From Eledone cirrhosa (Eukaryota): DNA of 64,000 bases. Both the position numbers and the translations under genes were made by a program. Below are positions 1 to 12,934 of the stretch, piece after piece; position 1 is the stretch's first letter; each line of letters begins with the position of its first letter. The DNA lies in the NCBI GenBank assembly GCA_964016885.1, contig OZ024745.1, positions 38,564,001-38,628,000 on the forward strand, in the 5' to 3' direction. Below the pieces are notes generated by a model. That model did not search any database and had not been told where the DNA came from. It worked only from the letters and a program-made list of their open reading frames with translations.

Positions 1-1391
1 TCGCTTTTTCTGTGTTTTCCATTTCAGCAGTAAATGGGACTTCTGAAATGTGTAGTCCATTACTGTATCTTTGTGCATCTTTTGTAATGGAATATGATCT
101 TTTGATGCTTTCGTGTTTCAAAACGAGTTTGATCATCCAATCATGTGATTCCCTTAGATATGTAGATTATCCAATTGTTGCAGTTTTCAACGCAATGTCT
201 AACTGGATTAACCCACGTCCTCCTTCTTTCCTAGGGAGATATATTCTATCTATATCTGCCTTAGGGTGATGCATTCTGTGCATGGTTAAGAGTTTCCGAA
301 TTTTTGTATCGAGCCTACGGATCTCTGTGCTTGACCAGTTGATGACATTGTAACTGTAGCTTACTACTGGTATGGCAAGCGTGTTTATGGCATCGATCCT
401 ATTCCTTACATTCAATTCCGTTCTTAAGATTGCTCCTACTCTGCGGTAACATTCCTTCCTTATCCTTTCCCTCATTGTCGAGTGCTTGATTCCGTCTCCT
501 TCACAAACACCTAGATATTTGTAAGTTTTTTCTTGATCAAGTTCTCTTATCACGTTCCCCCGATCAAGATTAATGTCTGAACTCTTCAGCAGCTTTCCTC
601 TGGTGAACGTTGCTTTGGCGCATTTATCTGGTCCAAACTCCATTTTAATGTCATCACTGAACTGCACCACAGTGGATAATAGCCCTTGCAACTTTTCATC
701 ATTTTTTGCAAATAGTTTCAGGTCATCCATGTAGAACAAGTGATTAATGGTTGTGTCATAGACTTTATATCCATATATTGTTTTATTGAGCATTTTACTT
801 AATGGTATAAGTGTGATGCAGAATAAAAGCGGTGATAAAGAGTCACCCTGAAAAATTCCACAATTAATATTAACTTCTCCAGCTTTCAGTGATTTTGTTT
901 CATTATTCAAAAGGAGCGTCGTTTTCCATGTCTTCATACTGAATGACAAAAGCCTCCTGACAACGGGGGATATTTTGAAAATCTCTAAACATTTTTCAAT
1001 CCAACTGTGTGGCAAACTATCGAATTTTTTTCATAATCTATCCAAGCAATCGATAGATTTGTGTGTCTATTATGACAATCTTCCAGTATCATTTTGTTAA
1101 CCAGAAGCTGATCCTTACAGCCATATTTGCCTCGTTTACACCCTTTCTGCTCAATGGGAAATAGGTCATTTGTTATCAGGTGGTCATATGTGTATTCAGT
1201 TAGAACTGATGTTAAAAGTTTATACATTGTGGTCAAGCAAGTTATCGGTCGGTAATTTTTGGGATTGTTTGTCTCATCATTCTTCGGAAGCAGGAATGTA
1301 TTGCCGTTAACTAGCCATGATGGTATCTTTTCTGGCTCCTTAACTATTTCATTGTAAAGTTGGGCTAACAGCTCATGAGACTCTGTGAAGG

Positions 1392-1392
<1 letters not shown>
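1..1392 (-). mobile_element. 5'-truncated R4/Dong-clade non-LTR retrotransposon, RT region, frameshifted near 1015-1030; runs off the window start
   Basis: ORFs 985-1236 and 167-1015 give [48 protein letters not shown] and GGRGL. NYRPITCL lies just upstream. The 5' end abuts (ATT)n at 1393. Confidence 0.93.

Positions 1393-1440
<48 letters not shown>
1393..1440. repeat. (ATT)n microsatellite at the R4/Dong junction
   Basis: Direct reading; Dong-type elements are known to target (TAA)n. Confidence 0.95.
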
Positions 1441-1443
<3 letters not shown>

Positions 1444-2221
1444 TGCCTTGTGGTTAATAAATAAAGTATTATTTGCCTAAATATTCATAGAGGGGCTATG
1501 GATTCAGTAGCATGAAACACGCCTTCCAGCTTCCGTCTCTAATTGATCCTGGTGGAGCTCCAAGTGCGAATATGGGTGGTATCCAACCAACTTGCTAACG
1601 TCTAACCTTACTTCTCCCGGCAGTTGATTTTGCTCGGAAGATATGTCCATCAATTCTTTCCTGTAATCCTCTAACAACATGCTCATAGTATCCGTTCTGT
1701 GGACTTTCTCTTTGGACAACAAGGCTTTTTGAAGGGATGAGTGTCTAAGTCTTCGCAGCACTGATTGTTATAGCAGTCCTCGAGGCATCAAAGGTATCAA
1801 GTGCATGAGATCACCTGATGACGACTTAAGTAATACCATGTCATGTTAACATTCTTGTCGACTAATCCTACACTCGCCTGTCCTGGAAGTACATCCAGTC
1901 CGGTGACACATGTCCAGCCTATTCATGGGTTATGAACAAGAACGGTGAGTGTACGACCACTTGGCAGAGTTTGACTCCTACATGGAATGTTTACACAACA
2001 TACATATAGGTATGTATTAAAACCGTGAGCGTTTTTTAATCTTACATCGTTTTATTGATTACATTGTTACTGTGATATATATGGCAGTGGTATCTATTAC
2101 ATAATAATATACAACTTCACCAGACAACAAATGTGTAATCACTATTTCAACGAGTGATATTTCCCGGCGGGCTTTGTGGTTAATCCTCCACTGCCCAGTT
2201 CTCTCTCTCTCTCACACACAC

Positions 2222-2261
<40 letters not shown>

Positions 2262-2330
2262 CGTAGAACACTGAAAGGTAATATCCGTAGTGGTAGAGCA
2301 CTCAGTCCATAGGACGAGTTAGGTAGAAGT

Positions 2331-2454
2331 TACACAACAGTTATTTCACCATACCGAGAACATTTGTTTCAACTTAGCGGATCCTCAGCTCGTAAGCTGA
2401 GGATCCGCTAAGGTGAAACAATTGTTATCAGTATGGTGAACTAACTGTTGGGTA
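2331..2454. repeat. ~60 bp-arm inverted repeat made of two head-to-head hammerhead-containing pLTR ends
   Basis: tacacaacag..ggatcctcagct / cgta / agctgaggatcc..ctgttgggta; (TA)n starts at 2460. Confidence 0.9.
2355..2392 (-). ncRNA. Minimal type-I hammerhead ribozyme
   Basis: Minus strand reads cgag CUGAGGA uccgcuaaguu GAAAC aaau GUU cucg. Stem I is cgag/cucg; stem II is weak. The mirror copy at 2393-2431 has a broken stem I. Confidence 0.6.
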
Positions 2455-3011
2455 AACACTTATATATATATATATATATATATATCTGTGTGTGTATGCG
2501 GGTGTATATATATATGTATACACTCATAAAGGTATTTATATAATGATAAATTAATAATAATACAAAATATTATAATTATTATGGATAACGCTATTATCAT
2601 ATACATATAAGTACGTGTGCATGCGTTTTATTATTATATTTCATAATACTCTCTATCCGGTTTGTTCTCAACATATGTACAGTGATGGTGTAAGATATAG
2701 AGAGTGTAATATTGAAACAGAAACTTATAAAGATGCATTTTAATATATATGCATTTGGTGATTAATCAACAATTTATACATAAAACACAGCGGCGTACTA
2801 GACATATTTCTGTTCATATTCCGAAGTTTCGTTAACCTTCTATATCAAAAGTGGACAGTAAAGTGTGTGCATCAATTTCATTATGCAAGTAACATATTAA
2901 TCAAGTTATGGTGCTGTTTCATATGTTTAGCTTTATTAGCTATATATATATATATCATCCTCATCATCATCTTCGTTTAACGTCTATCTTCGACGCTAGC
3001 ATGTGTTAGAC

Positions 3012-3013
<2 letters not shown>

Positions 3014-3049
<36 letters not shown>

Positions 3050-3140
3050 CGGATGCATATACATATGTATGTGTATGTATATATATACATATATATATAT
3101 ACATATATATATATAAATATGTATATATATTTATATATAT

Positions 3141-3211
<71 letters not shown>

Positions 3212-3263
3212 CGGATGCATATACATATATATGTGTATGTGTATATATATATATATATATATG

Positions 3264-3358
<95 letters not shown>
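3014..3358. repeat. Compound (TA)n microsatellite with duplicated gttacggatgcat spacer
   Basis: Direct reading; source of the YI-repeat ORFs. Confidence 0.95.
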
Positions 3359-3361
<3 letters not shown>

Positions 3362-3576
3362 TAATGTTCTGACATACCATGATTGATACCTGAACGAAGT
3401 TGTATATCGAATAATATAAGGAATTGTCATGTAAATAAATATTTTTACAGCATTGAAATGAATTTCAGAAGTGGTGAAATTCACAACTGGTCTTCACCAC
3501 TTCTAAAACGCTAAAATGAGAAACGATGGCATTGACGATTACTTCGCCCGGTTTTAATGAGTCTCGGTGTGTGGCG

Positions 3577-3600
3577 ATGGTCACAACCGTAAAAGTCTTA

Positions 3601-3650
<50 letters not shown>

Positions 3651-3674
3651 TAAGACTTTTACGGTTGTGACCAT
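3577..3674. repeat. Perfect palindrome centred on a (TA)n tract
   Basis: atggtcacaaccgtaaaagtcttaaac-(AT)n-gtttaagacttttacggttgtgaccat. Confidence 0.92.
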
Positions 3675-3688
3675 ATATATATATAATC

Positions 3689-5368
3689 GAAGAACCTCAT
3701 CTATCTCCCCTCCGACAAGGGAAAAAAATTCTGCGTCATCAGCAGAGAGGCCTATAACACCCTGGCCCTCCAACACCTTGACGATGACAACCTCTACTCC
3801 AAGGTCACGGGAATCACTCCCGCGCAGATAGAAGAACACATCAACTCCGCCTGGACCAACATCTGCGACCGGCGGAAGCTCCCGAAGAAGCTGAGATACA
3901 ACCTCCTCACGAGGAACAGCAGACTACCCGCCTTCTACCACCTCGTGAAAACACACAAACAGGGACCCGACCTGAAAATCAGACCCATCGTATCGAGCAT
4001 GGAGGGACCACTCTACAAAATTTGATGGCTCCTCGCCAGAATACTCAAACCCATCTTAGACACCTTGCCGGGACACGTTAACAGCTCCGAGGAGGTGTTG
4101 AAGCGCCTGCATCAAATGGATCCCGACACCAGAAGGAATAACAGATATGCCTTCAGCCTTGATGTAGTCGCTCTCTACACCTCGGTCCCGGCACTCCCGG
4201 CCGTCAATATACTAATGCAACGCGTCCAATCCACCGACCTACACTGCTTCGTGCTCACCACCACTGACATCCACCAACTCCTATCCATCGTCGTCGACAA
4301 CACCTATTTCGGATTCCTTGACCAAATATACCAGCAAACCTCGGGATTGCCCATGAGATCAATCCTATCAGGTGTGCTAGCGATCTCTTACATGGAAAAC
4401 CTCGAACGCAAGGCACTCAACGCCTGCCACCCCAACGCGGTATCCTTTTTCTCAAGGTACGTGGACGATATCCTCATCCTCACACCTTCCCAAGACACGG
4501 CGAACAGAATCTATGAGACGTTCAACAACACGGACGAGAACATTGACTTCAGTGTTGAACACCACAACGATGACGGGTCACTTGCCCTCCTCGACTTCCG
4601 AATCAACATCACGGAACAGGGAAGGATCCACTGCAACTTCTACCGAAAGGCAGCCTGCAGGGACATATTCATTCACTACAAGTCCGCCCTCCCTAACAGT
4701 GCCAAAAGAGGATACATCACGAACGAGATCGCGCGAATCAAAAACAGATGCACCGATCCCGCGAGTGGTGTCACTCATACCAAGCGATTCCTCGAGGTGC
4801 TGGAGACGAACGGGTACCCTACCTCGATCACAGACAGAATAGTAGACACCAGACGCTAGAGACAGAGAAGCACCCAAGGCAAGTGCTTCCTTAAAATGCC
4901 ACACCTGGGCGAGAAATCCACCAACGCTATCCGCAAGGCTATACGGAGGGAGGGCCTCGACATCCACCTGGCCCACTCGGGCCCTTCCCTACGAAGATGC
5001 CTCTCCAGGAAACCCGAAAAATCTACTGACGCATGCTCCCTCAAAGACTGCCCGATACGCCATGCGAACTGTTGCCTACGCACATACGTCTTGTATAAGA
5101 TAGAATGTGACAGGTGCAACCAATACTACATAGGTAGCACAATTCGACCTTTGCACATCCGGATCAAGGAACACTTAAAACCAGGGCCTCGTCTTTCCGG
5201 AAACACATAGACAAATACGGAAACAAAGACGGAAGGCCCATTGTCACAATCCTAGCGACTGAAAGAAACGTCGGCACGTTACGTATCAAGGAAGCGCTTT
5301 TTATCAAACGACTGCAACCGCAAATAAACAACCGATCAGAGAGAAGCGAAATGAGATGGCTGGTTTAA
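3689..5368 (+). pseudogene. Penelope-like element ORF (RT + GIY-YIG endonuclease), 5'-truncated, with stop and frameshifts
   Basis: LPSDKG, FYHLVKTHK, IRPIVS, SLDVVALYTSVP, YQQTSGLPM, RYVDDIL and FLD-like LLDF motifs. Endonuclease reads VLYKIECDRCNQYYIGSTIRPLHIRIKEH...KEALFI..QPQIN. TGA at 4023; frameshifts near 4859 and 5180. Confidence 0.93.
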
Positions 5369-5782
5369 GTTAACAAGTGATGCAACAACACACAACACAC
5401 GCACACACACACACACACGCAAACGAGACAACTACACACACACACGCACACACACACAGTAGCATTCCACCATACGAACATACTACACTGCCAATACAGA
5501 GGAACAAGGCAACAACACACGCACACACACACACACACACTCAAGCAAGACAACAACACACGCACACACACACACAGTAACATTTAACAAACAGGCAGAG
5601 AATGGACTGACAGCTAGCGCCATCCCACTCCCTCATTCGGCCGCTGATCTCTGTACGACCGACCCCATTTCACGCGCACGCGCGCTCTGCCGAATACCTC
5701 AGATATTCAAAACAACAAACAGCGAAGGACGCGTTCCGGACTTTTCCGACAGACAACCTTTTCCCCCACCCCGGAAAAAAAA

Positions 5783-5817
5783 CCCAGTTGATGGATGTGA
5801 ATACGAAATATATAGGG
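5783..5817 (+). ncRNA. Degenerate minimal hammerhead in the 3' UTR (pLTR) of the Penelope element
   Basis: cc CAGUUGA ..gugaauac GAAA uaua UA gg; the core has two mismatches to CUGAUGA. Confidence 0.35.
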
Positions 5818-5875
5818 ACTATTAAATCTCTCCCAAGGTAACTCTCTCTTGTGTTGTTATTTTTATTTTATCCTT

Positions 5876-6030
5876 TATACTCTTCCCTTCATTCTACACA
5901 TCTCACGCATCTTATACACACCACGCACGCAACGTACACCCACTTACATCTCTCTCTCCACCACCGGACCATGTTACCCGGAGATTTACCCATTTGCATT
6001 GTCGAGGCTTCCAAACGACTTAAAGATATT
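5876..6030. repeat. Interspersed repeat, second copy at ~13786-13940
   Basis: Near-identical ~155 bp (tatactcttcccttcattc...acgacttaaagatat). Separately, 8024-8083 matches 13731-13790. Confidence 0.85.
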
Positions 6031-6119
6031 TACTTATTGTTCCACAATGCTTCAAGCAAACTTCAATACTCTCTTATATATATATATATAGGTATGTAAT
6101 AAACAACATAAGGCAATTA

Positions 6120-6179
6120 TTTCATTTACCAGTAGTTTCTTAAAAGCAAAAGATTTTGCTTTCAATCCTTAGAATGAAA
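6120..6179 (-). ncRNA. Hammerhead motif, core mutated to CUAAGGA
   Basis: uuucauu CUAAGGA uugaaagcaaaa uc uuuugcuuuuaa GAAAC uacug GUA aaugaaa: 7-bp stem I, 12-bp stem II. Confidence 0.65.
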
Positions 6180-6321
6180 AAATCCTGGTCTGTTTATTGA
6201 ATTTGGATTTTAAAAACAAAAATGCAATCTGTATGAAAGTGAGGCTGGAGAAGGAAGAAGGAAAGGAAAAATAAAATAAAACTACACATGCAAACACACA
6301 CAAAAAAACACAAAAATATAG

Positions 6322-6370
<49 letters not shown>

Positions 6371-6617
6371 TATACATATATATACATACATATACATACA
6401 TATATATATATACACATACATACACTCATACATACACACACGCACACATATATACACACATATATGTGTATATAAATACACACAAACACATATATACATA
6501 CGCACATAAATATCAACACATCCATACATACAAATACATATATACAACCACACACACATATATACACACATACATACACATAGAAACATAAATATAAATA
6601 CATATACATACACACAT

Positions 6618-6658
<41 letters not shown>

Positions 6659-7063
6659 TATATATATGTGTGTACAAGCATACACATACACAAACATAGC
6701 CATACACACATACATAAACGTACATACATACATGCACACAATCATACATATATACACACGTACATACATACACATACATAAATGCACTCCTCTACATATT
6801 CACACACGCAAATAAATATAAGAAAAAAAAAATATATATATAAACACATTTTTGACAGCGATACAGAACGCAGCTAACTGGACAGACACACGTCGTAATT
6901 AATACACACAAATGCACGTATACATACGTACGAAATAGTAAATACATACACACACTCTCGCACATAAATATACATATACAAATACATAAACACATACATA
7001 CACATACATGCACAAACACGCACACGTATACAATTATACAGACACATATGTATATGTAATTAT

Positions 7064-7094
<31 letters not shown>

Positions 7095-7384
7095 CATAAA
7101 TATAAACATACACACACACACATATATGTATTCATACACACATACATATACATACATTATACACATACAAATACGTACATATCATAAACACGCACAACCA
7201 AATACAAACACACACACACATACATACATACATATATATAGATATACATATATATACACACACACACACATACACACATACATGTGTGTGTAAAACTCAG
7301 TCTTAGATAATTCATATGAACCTTACATATACATATATATAGTAGTAAAGTAATAAAGTAATAAGCAACATAAGGCAATTATTC

Positions 7385-7438
7385 CATTCACCAGTGGCTC
7401 CTTAAAAGCAAAAAAATTTACCTTCAATCTTCAGAATG
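7385..7438 (-). ncRNA. Hammerhead motif, GAAAC mutated to GGAGC
   Basis: cauu CUGAAGA uugaagg..cuuuuaa GGAGC cacug GUG aaug. Its lesions complement those of the 6120 copy, so the consensus is canonical. Confidence 0.6.
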
Positions 7439-7523
7439 AAAAAAACCTGGTCTATCTACATATACATACATATACACACACAAATATATATATATATACA
7501 TATATATACACACATATATACAT

Positions 7524-7564
<41 letters not shown>

Positions 7565-7918
7565 AATATACATACACATACACATAGGTATGTAAAGGGC
7601 AAGGCAAAAAGAATATATGGGGGGGGGGAGCATAGGAAAAGGTGAAATATAAGGGGAGGTAAGGGAGAAAAAATAAATATACAAGAGTAGAGAACGTAGA
7701 TTCAGCAAAAAAAGCGTAGCAGAAGTAAAGAGCAGAGAAGGAGTTAAAGTCGGTTGATTTATCATAGGAGTGTCAAACCAGTTACAGATCAGATGCGATT
7801 TCAGATGAGTACAGCATCTGAAGATCTCAGTCTTTGAGTTAAGGCAAGCGGAAGTGGCTCTCAAATTTAGCAAAATCCTATACTTTTCTATGGTACACAA
7901 AGAACAATTCTTTGTGCC

Positions 7919-8020
<102 letters not shown>

Positions 8021-8277
8021 ATAATAAGCATATCGGTGTCATCGTTATCCAAGGAATGTGTTTCCGTAAAAATATATATATACTTAGGTTTCAAGGTTCA
8101 CCACTGGATAGAGATGATCAATTCCGTATGGTCAATCTTGATGTAATAATATGGAGAGTACTCAACGTAAAGCAGCTCAACCGTCTTCATTTGTGTAGTT
8201 GGTGGTGCGAGTACGGAGTTAAATATTATAATAAAATGACATGAGATGGACTTATGTAAATCCTTGAAATGTTTATT

Positions 8278-8335
8278 ATACTATGATCATTTCAATGACC
8301 GGGTTCCGTATGAATCCGGTGATATCATCAGGTAT
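8278..8335 (-). ncRNA. Minimal type-I hammerhead ribozyme
   Basis: auac CUGAUGA uaucaccgg..ccggucauu GAAAU gauc AUA guau, with palindromic stem III loop (AUGAUCAU). Confidence 0.75.
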
Positions 8336-10180
8336 TCGAATTATAATAAATGAATGTCACAGATAAAATCCATGGGGCTGAAAATCATAGACCCGAGGAC
8401 GACCGACCATCTAGCACCTTCCACTTTAGCCGGTCGCCCTCAAGTGCTGCCCATTCGGCCTACTTAAGGCTATCTTGCGAGGGCGCTAAAGCTTATAGTG
8501 TGCTACTAACCTCCCGGTCAAAGAGGAGAAAAACAGAAAGGAAGAAGAAAAGTCAGTGTTAATGTCATGCTACAAGAAAAAAGACAGAAAGAAAGAGGAA
8601 GAAAAATCACCATAAATGTCATGCTACAATCAGGCCAGGAATTGCCGCGAAAAAAGTTATTCTACAGGTCCCGTCTCTTAACAGAGGTATATATTATAAC
8701 AGAGGTATATATAGTGGGGGGTCTACATGTACTGTATTGACTAAATTCTCTACCCTATAATTCAGGGCCTTTGTAATAAACACTGAATTCTCATACTCGA
8801 ACACACACTGATTCTATTTGCATATCTATATGCATTATCTGACTGCAACTTGAACTATATTGTATTTCTCCTGTGTTCTGATTTCTCCGTTTTACTCCAC
8901 CACCAATCTAGTTATTTTTATTTGTTTATTTATATATTTCTACCTTTTTACTTTATTAATGTGTTTTATCTACGTATTCTACTTTTATCTATCCATGTAT
9001 TTTTTATTCCTTTTATTCGGATTTTTACTCGCTTGTACCCATTAGCACACGACACTAGAATATCTCCCTCTGAGAACAATAACATCTATTATCCGGACTA
9101 TCCGGGGACCTAGATATAGTCTATTTGCGCTTTTCATCTAGTTTTACAATTGATTACACGCGATGATCCGACTGTTGTGTTGGTTTTCCTGGCTGCGAAA
9201 CCGGCCGCTTGGTACACAGACCTACCTTGAGTGCTTGGAAAAATAAATTTCCTACTCGGAGCGCAGCCGTTTTTTGACCGCCATATAGTACCTTTAAATT
9301 CTAGGCCTAGTCATAACTATTAGCTGTATCATGCCTCCCTCTACTTAAAGAAATCCCCCGCCTGTGTAAATTAATAGTACTCGTTTGGTATAATGATGGC
9401 CTAACGAGATTGACTGACTTCCCACCACTAGCACACCTGAAGCCTGAAATACATTCCTAGAGTGCTTGGAATAATTGATTTCCTTATCTTTCGCTAGGCG
9501 ATCTCACTCGGAATGGCTGACAAATGGTTAGGATGGGCTGGCTGGAGTCTGCAGACGCCGCATGCTGTTTGACTGCTAAACAACGACATAATCTTTACTC
9601 TACACCCCACTCGGATAACTTATAGTGGATCTCTATAATACAATTAAAGTTTCTTCATAAAAGACTCTTTTATTTAACTAAACCTCGCAACCCAAAACCT
9701 GAAACATTTTTTTAAACTGTTTAATTTTCAATTTTCTAATTTTTTTCAATTTTATAATGTTAATCTTTAATTTGTTTAACTTCATCCTATAAATCTAAAC
9801 AAAAATGTAACTTTCCAGTCTTCTGTTCACACATTATACCATGTAGACCCCCACTATATATACTTCTGTTATAATATATACCTCTGTTAAGATACGGGTC
9901 CTGTAGAATAACTTTTTTCGCGGCAATTCCTGGCCTGACTGTAGCATGACATTAATGCTGGCTTTTCTTCTCCTTCCTTTCTGTTTTTCTTCTCTTTGAC
10001 CGGGAGGTTAGTAGCACACTATAAACTTTAGCCCGCTCACCAGATAGCCTTAAGTAGGCCGAATGGGCAGCACTTGAGGGCGACCGGCTAAAGTGGAAGA
10101 TGCTAGATGGTCGATCGTCCTCGGGTCTATGATTTTCAGCCCCATGGATTTATCTGTTACGTTCATTTATTATATTTCGA

Positions 10181-10238
10181 ATAACTGATGATATCACCGG
10201 ATTCATATGGAACCCGGTCATTGAAATGATCATAGTAT
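10181..10238 (+). ncRNA. Minimal type-I hammerhead ribozyme (mirror of 8278), one stem I mismatch
   Basis: auaa CUGAUGA..GAAAU gauc AUA guau. Confidence 0.7.
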
Positions 10239-10284
10239 AATAAACCTTTCAAGGATTTACACAAGTCCAGCCTCCTGTTATTTT

Positions 10285-10326
<42 letters not shown>

Positions 10327-10379
10327 CAGGAAAGAAGGTTGACATGGTTTGCTATACAAAAAAGGTTTTTAATCTCATA

Positions 10380-10485
10380 TCTGACAATTGTTTCTCTGAA
10401 CTGGTAGGTCTAGAGATCGCTATTCGCTTATTTTCACGTTACTCGATCGCCAATAGAAAATTATAACCAGTCAGATCTTCGGAGC
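10380..10485 (-). ncRNA. Hammerhead motif with CCGAAGA core and long stem II insert
   Basis: gcu CCGAAGA ucugacuggu...accaguucaga GAAAC aauu GUC aga. Confidence 0.6.
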
Positions 10486-10883
10486 ATGCGAGAATGAAGA
10501 GAATACACAGGCAAGAAAAGAATATACAGGCTACTATATGAAGTAGTAATGGCATTCAATTAGAACAATAACAACAATTACAACAATGCTATTAATAAAT
10601 TATTTGAGGAGACCCTGACATTACTTAGGTGGGGGGTATAATGTATCTAACATTACGGCGTGTAAAACTAGCTGTCATGAGGCAAAAGTAAGAGTTTGGC
10701 ATGTACAGAGTATCGAAGTGTGTATCAATTTTAAATTATAAAGATAAGCTAGTGTTTACAGTCTTTCTTTTCATCTTCAATAGCATACATGAGTGGGACA
10801 ACACTGTCAAAGCTAAATAGTTGTTGAGTTAATAGAGAGGTTAACGAAGTAATATACGCATATATTTACACACACATACACAT

Positions 10884-10929
<46 letters not shown>

Positions 10930-11075
10930 GCATGTGTACATAGACACATACATACACATCAATATACACTTGTACAAAAATATACATACATGCAAAGAGA
11001 TAAGCGTGCTAATTGTAATTATGGCAAAATAGCTACTGGGTAAGAAAGGATAGAATAAATAGCTTCGATATAACA

Positions 11076-12527
11076 ATGGCATCAAATGATTCTGCGCAAA
11101 TCACAGATATCGTGGGGCTATTCATAGCACACAACCTACATAAGGAATTCAGTAACTTCCAAGGAGGAATTTATAGGGACCACACGTTACTTATAACTAG
11201 GAATCTAAACAACCAGAGCATGGAAAGACTAAGAAAAAAAAAAATTAGAATATTCTTCAAAAATCTAGGCCTAAGTATTACCTACGAGCTAAACCATAAG
11301 AAGGTAAATTTTCTAGGTGTGACTCTAAATCTAAATACTGGATTAATAGAACCTTTCCACAAAAATAAGGAAAATCTTGCCTACATTAGTTACAACTCAA
11401 ATCACCCCAAATCCATAATTAGATCCATAGCACGTAGTATATCCCTCCCAATATCCCGCTTATCCTCAAACCTAGACATCTTTAACGAGCATGCAGCCTA
11501 TTATAATGCAGCATTACGTAGCGCCGGTCATAAAGATAAACTGCAGTATATAGTGAATAAGGACAACGTAAACAATCCTAGTAATTACTACTCCAACCGC
11601 TCACATAATAATAGAAATAACTTGACTAGACATAGGGTTAGACACGTAACACCTGGAGTAAACGGCCAAAACACTAATAACGTAAACCCAAGAAACAATA
11701 GAAGAAACAGACAAAGAAAATACCTATGGTTCAACCCAATATTCAACTCCTCTATAAAAACTAGACTGTCCTCTACATTCTTTAAACTAATAGATAAACA
11801 CTTCCCTATCTCGCATAGATATCACAAAATACTCAATAGATCTACTATAAAACTCTCATACTCAACAGCAGCTAACATAGAATCACACATACGCAAGATC
11901 AACCACAGACATATCTCTAGTAAATCAACTGCACCTATACATAACGTAGCACCAAATTATAAGCACAAACACAACACAACATCACAACCACAAGCGCATA
12001 CAAACGCGCAGCAGCAAAACCCCATTGGGCATATATCACAACCCTCTTATAACAGAGTACTAAACAGGAATGTAAAAGCTGCACAAAATAGCGCCTCAAA
12101 CTGTAACTGTCACCTACCAGATAGGTGCCCATTGGCGAACAGATGTCTCGATTCGAGCCTAGTGTACATGTGCACGGTCATCTCGGGTAACTCCACCTGG
12201 AATTACATAGGATCCACCGCGGGTTCTTTTAATAAAAGATGGTATGTGCACAGACACACAATGAAAAACCGTGCACTTATGGGTTCCACAACCCTCGCCA
12301 AAAAAATATGGGAACTGAAGGACAGCAGCACTAACTACAGTATCAACTGGTCGAAGTTGTCGGCTGCTAAAACCTATAGTACAGGGATGTCCCACTGCGG
12401 GCTATGTGATCTTGAGTTATTGTATATCCTAAAAAATATAAAAAGGCTACTTAACAATAAGTTAGAAAGATCTATCTTCTGCAGACATAGAATTGCCACT
12501 AAATTCATAAGATTCAAACCTCCGTGA
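11076..12527 (+). CDS. Penelope-like (Naiad-type) RT C-terminal half + GIY-YIG endonuclease; truncated and probably non-functional
   Basis: FDITMASNDSAQITDIVGLF, GIYRDH (YxDD with D>H), VNFLGVTLNL, SNHPKSII, WFNP, CNCx5Cx5C linker, LVYMCTV..YIGST..FNKRW..H, CGLC..E..LLN..CRH. Confidence 0.88.
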   Translation: MASNDSAQITDIVGLFIAHNLHKEFSNFQGGIYRDHTLLITRNLNNQSMERLRKKKIRIFFKNLGLSITYELNHKKVNFLGVTLNLNTGLIEPFHKNKENLAYISYNSNHPKSIIRSIARSISLPISRLSSNLDIFNEHAAYYNAALRSAGHKDKLQYIVNKDNVNNPSNYYSNRSHNNRNNLTRHRVRHVTPGVNGQNTNNVNPRNNRRNRQRKYLWFNPIFNSSIKTRLSSTFFKLIDKHFPISHRYHKILNRSTIKLSYSTAANIESHIRKINHRHISSKSTAPIHNVAPNYKHKHNTTSQPQAHTNAQQQNPIGHISQPSYNRVLNRNVKAAQNSASNCNCHLPDRCPLANRCLDSSLVYMCTVISGNSTWNYIGSTAGSFNKRWYVHRHTMKNRALMGSTTLAKKIWELKDSSTNYSINWSKLSAAKTYSTGMSHCGLCDLELLYILKNIKRLLNNKLERSIFCRHRIATKFIRFKPP

Positions 12528-12840
12528 ATCGAACCAACACAACATAGCTTTAAATTAGGATACCTACTACCCACAGAAATATATTCATTAAGTATACTAT
12601 ATCCTTCACAAGTCTATACCACACAAATGTCTGTAAGTACCTCATCAACCCACAAACTTATTCCTTCTCAGCTGCTGCGATCATTTGATCCTAAATCCTA
12701 GTTTTTCTCAAATCACTACTACAATGTAACTTTACCTTCCTTTTGCCATAATTACAATTAGAACGCTTATCTCTTTGCATGTATGTATATTTTTGTACGA
12801 GTGTATATTGATGTGTATGTGTCTATGTACACATGCATGT

Positions 12841-12934
<94 letters not shown>

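Larger units (their letters stand above)
8223..10292 (+). mobile_element. ORF-less Penelope-type element: ~500 bp inverted 5' copy (8223-8730) of its 3' end (9840-10292)
   Basis: Long inverted repeat with a hammerhead in each arm and no coding capacity in the 1.1 kb interior; ends in (TA)n. Confidence 0.85.

Noticed and set aside
1504-1761. 85 aa minus-strand ORF
   Set aside because: No recognisable motif; cannot be assigned.
1812-1870. CTGATGA followed by cgac..gtcg
   Set aside because: No GAAA or stem I after the helix.
2977-3484. YI/CV/TH-repeat ORFs here and throughout the window
   Set aside because: Translations of (TA)n, (TG)n, (AG)n and (AAG)n microsatellites.
3445-3525. Hairpin agaagtggtgaa/ttcaccacttct as hammerhead or SECIS
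   Set aside because: The hairpin is real, but neither core can be placed correctly.
4023-4025. In-frame TGA in the Penelope RT as possible selenocysteine (some Naiads are selenoproteins)
   Set aside because: It is not at a Cys motif and is most simply TCA>TGA in a copy that also has frameshifts. ORF 11076-12527 uses ordinary Cys codons, and I saw no convincing SECIS.
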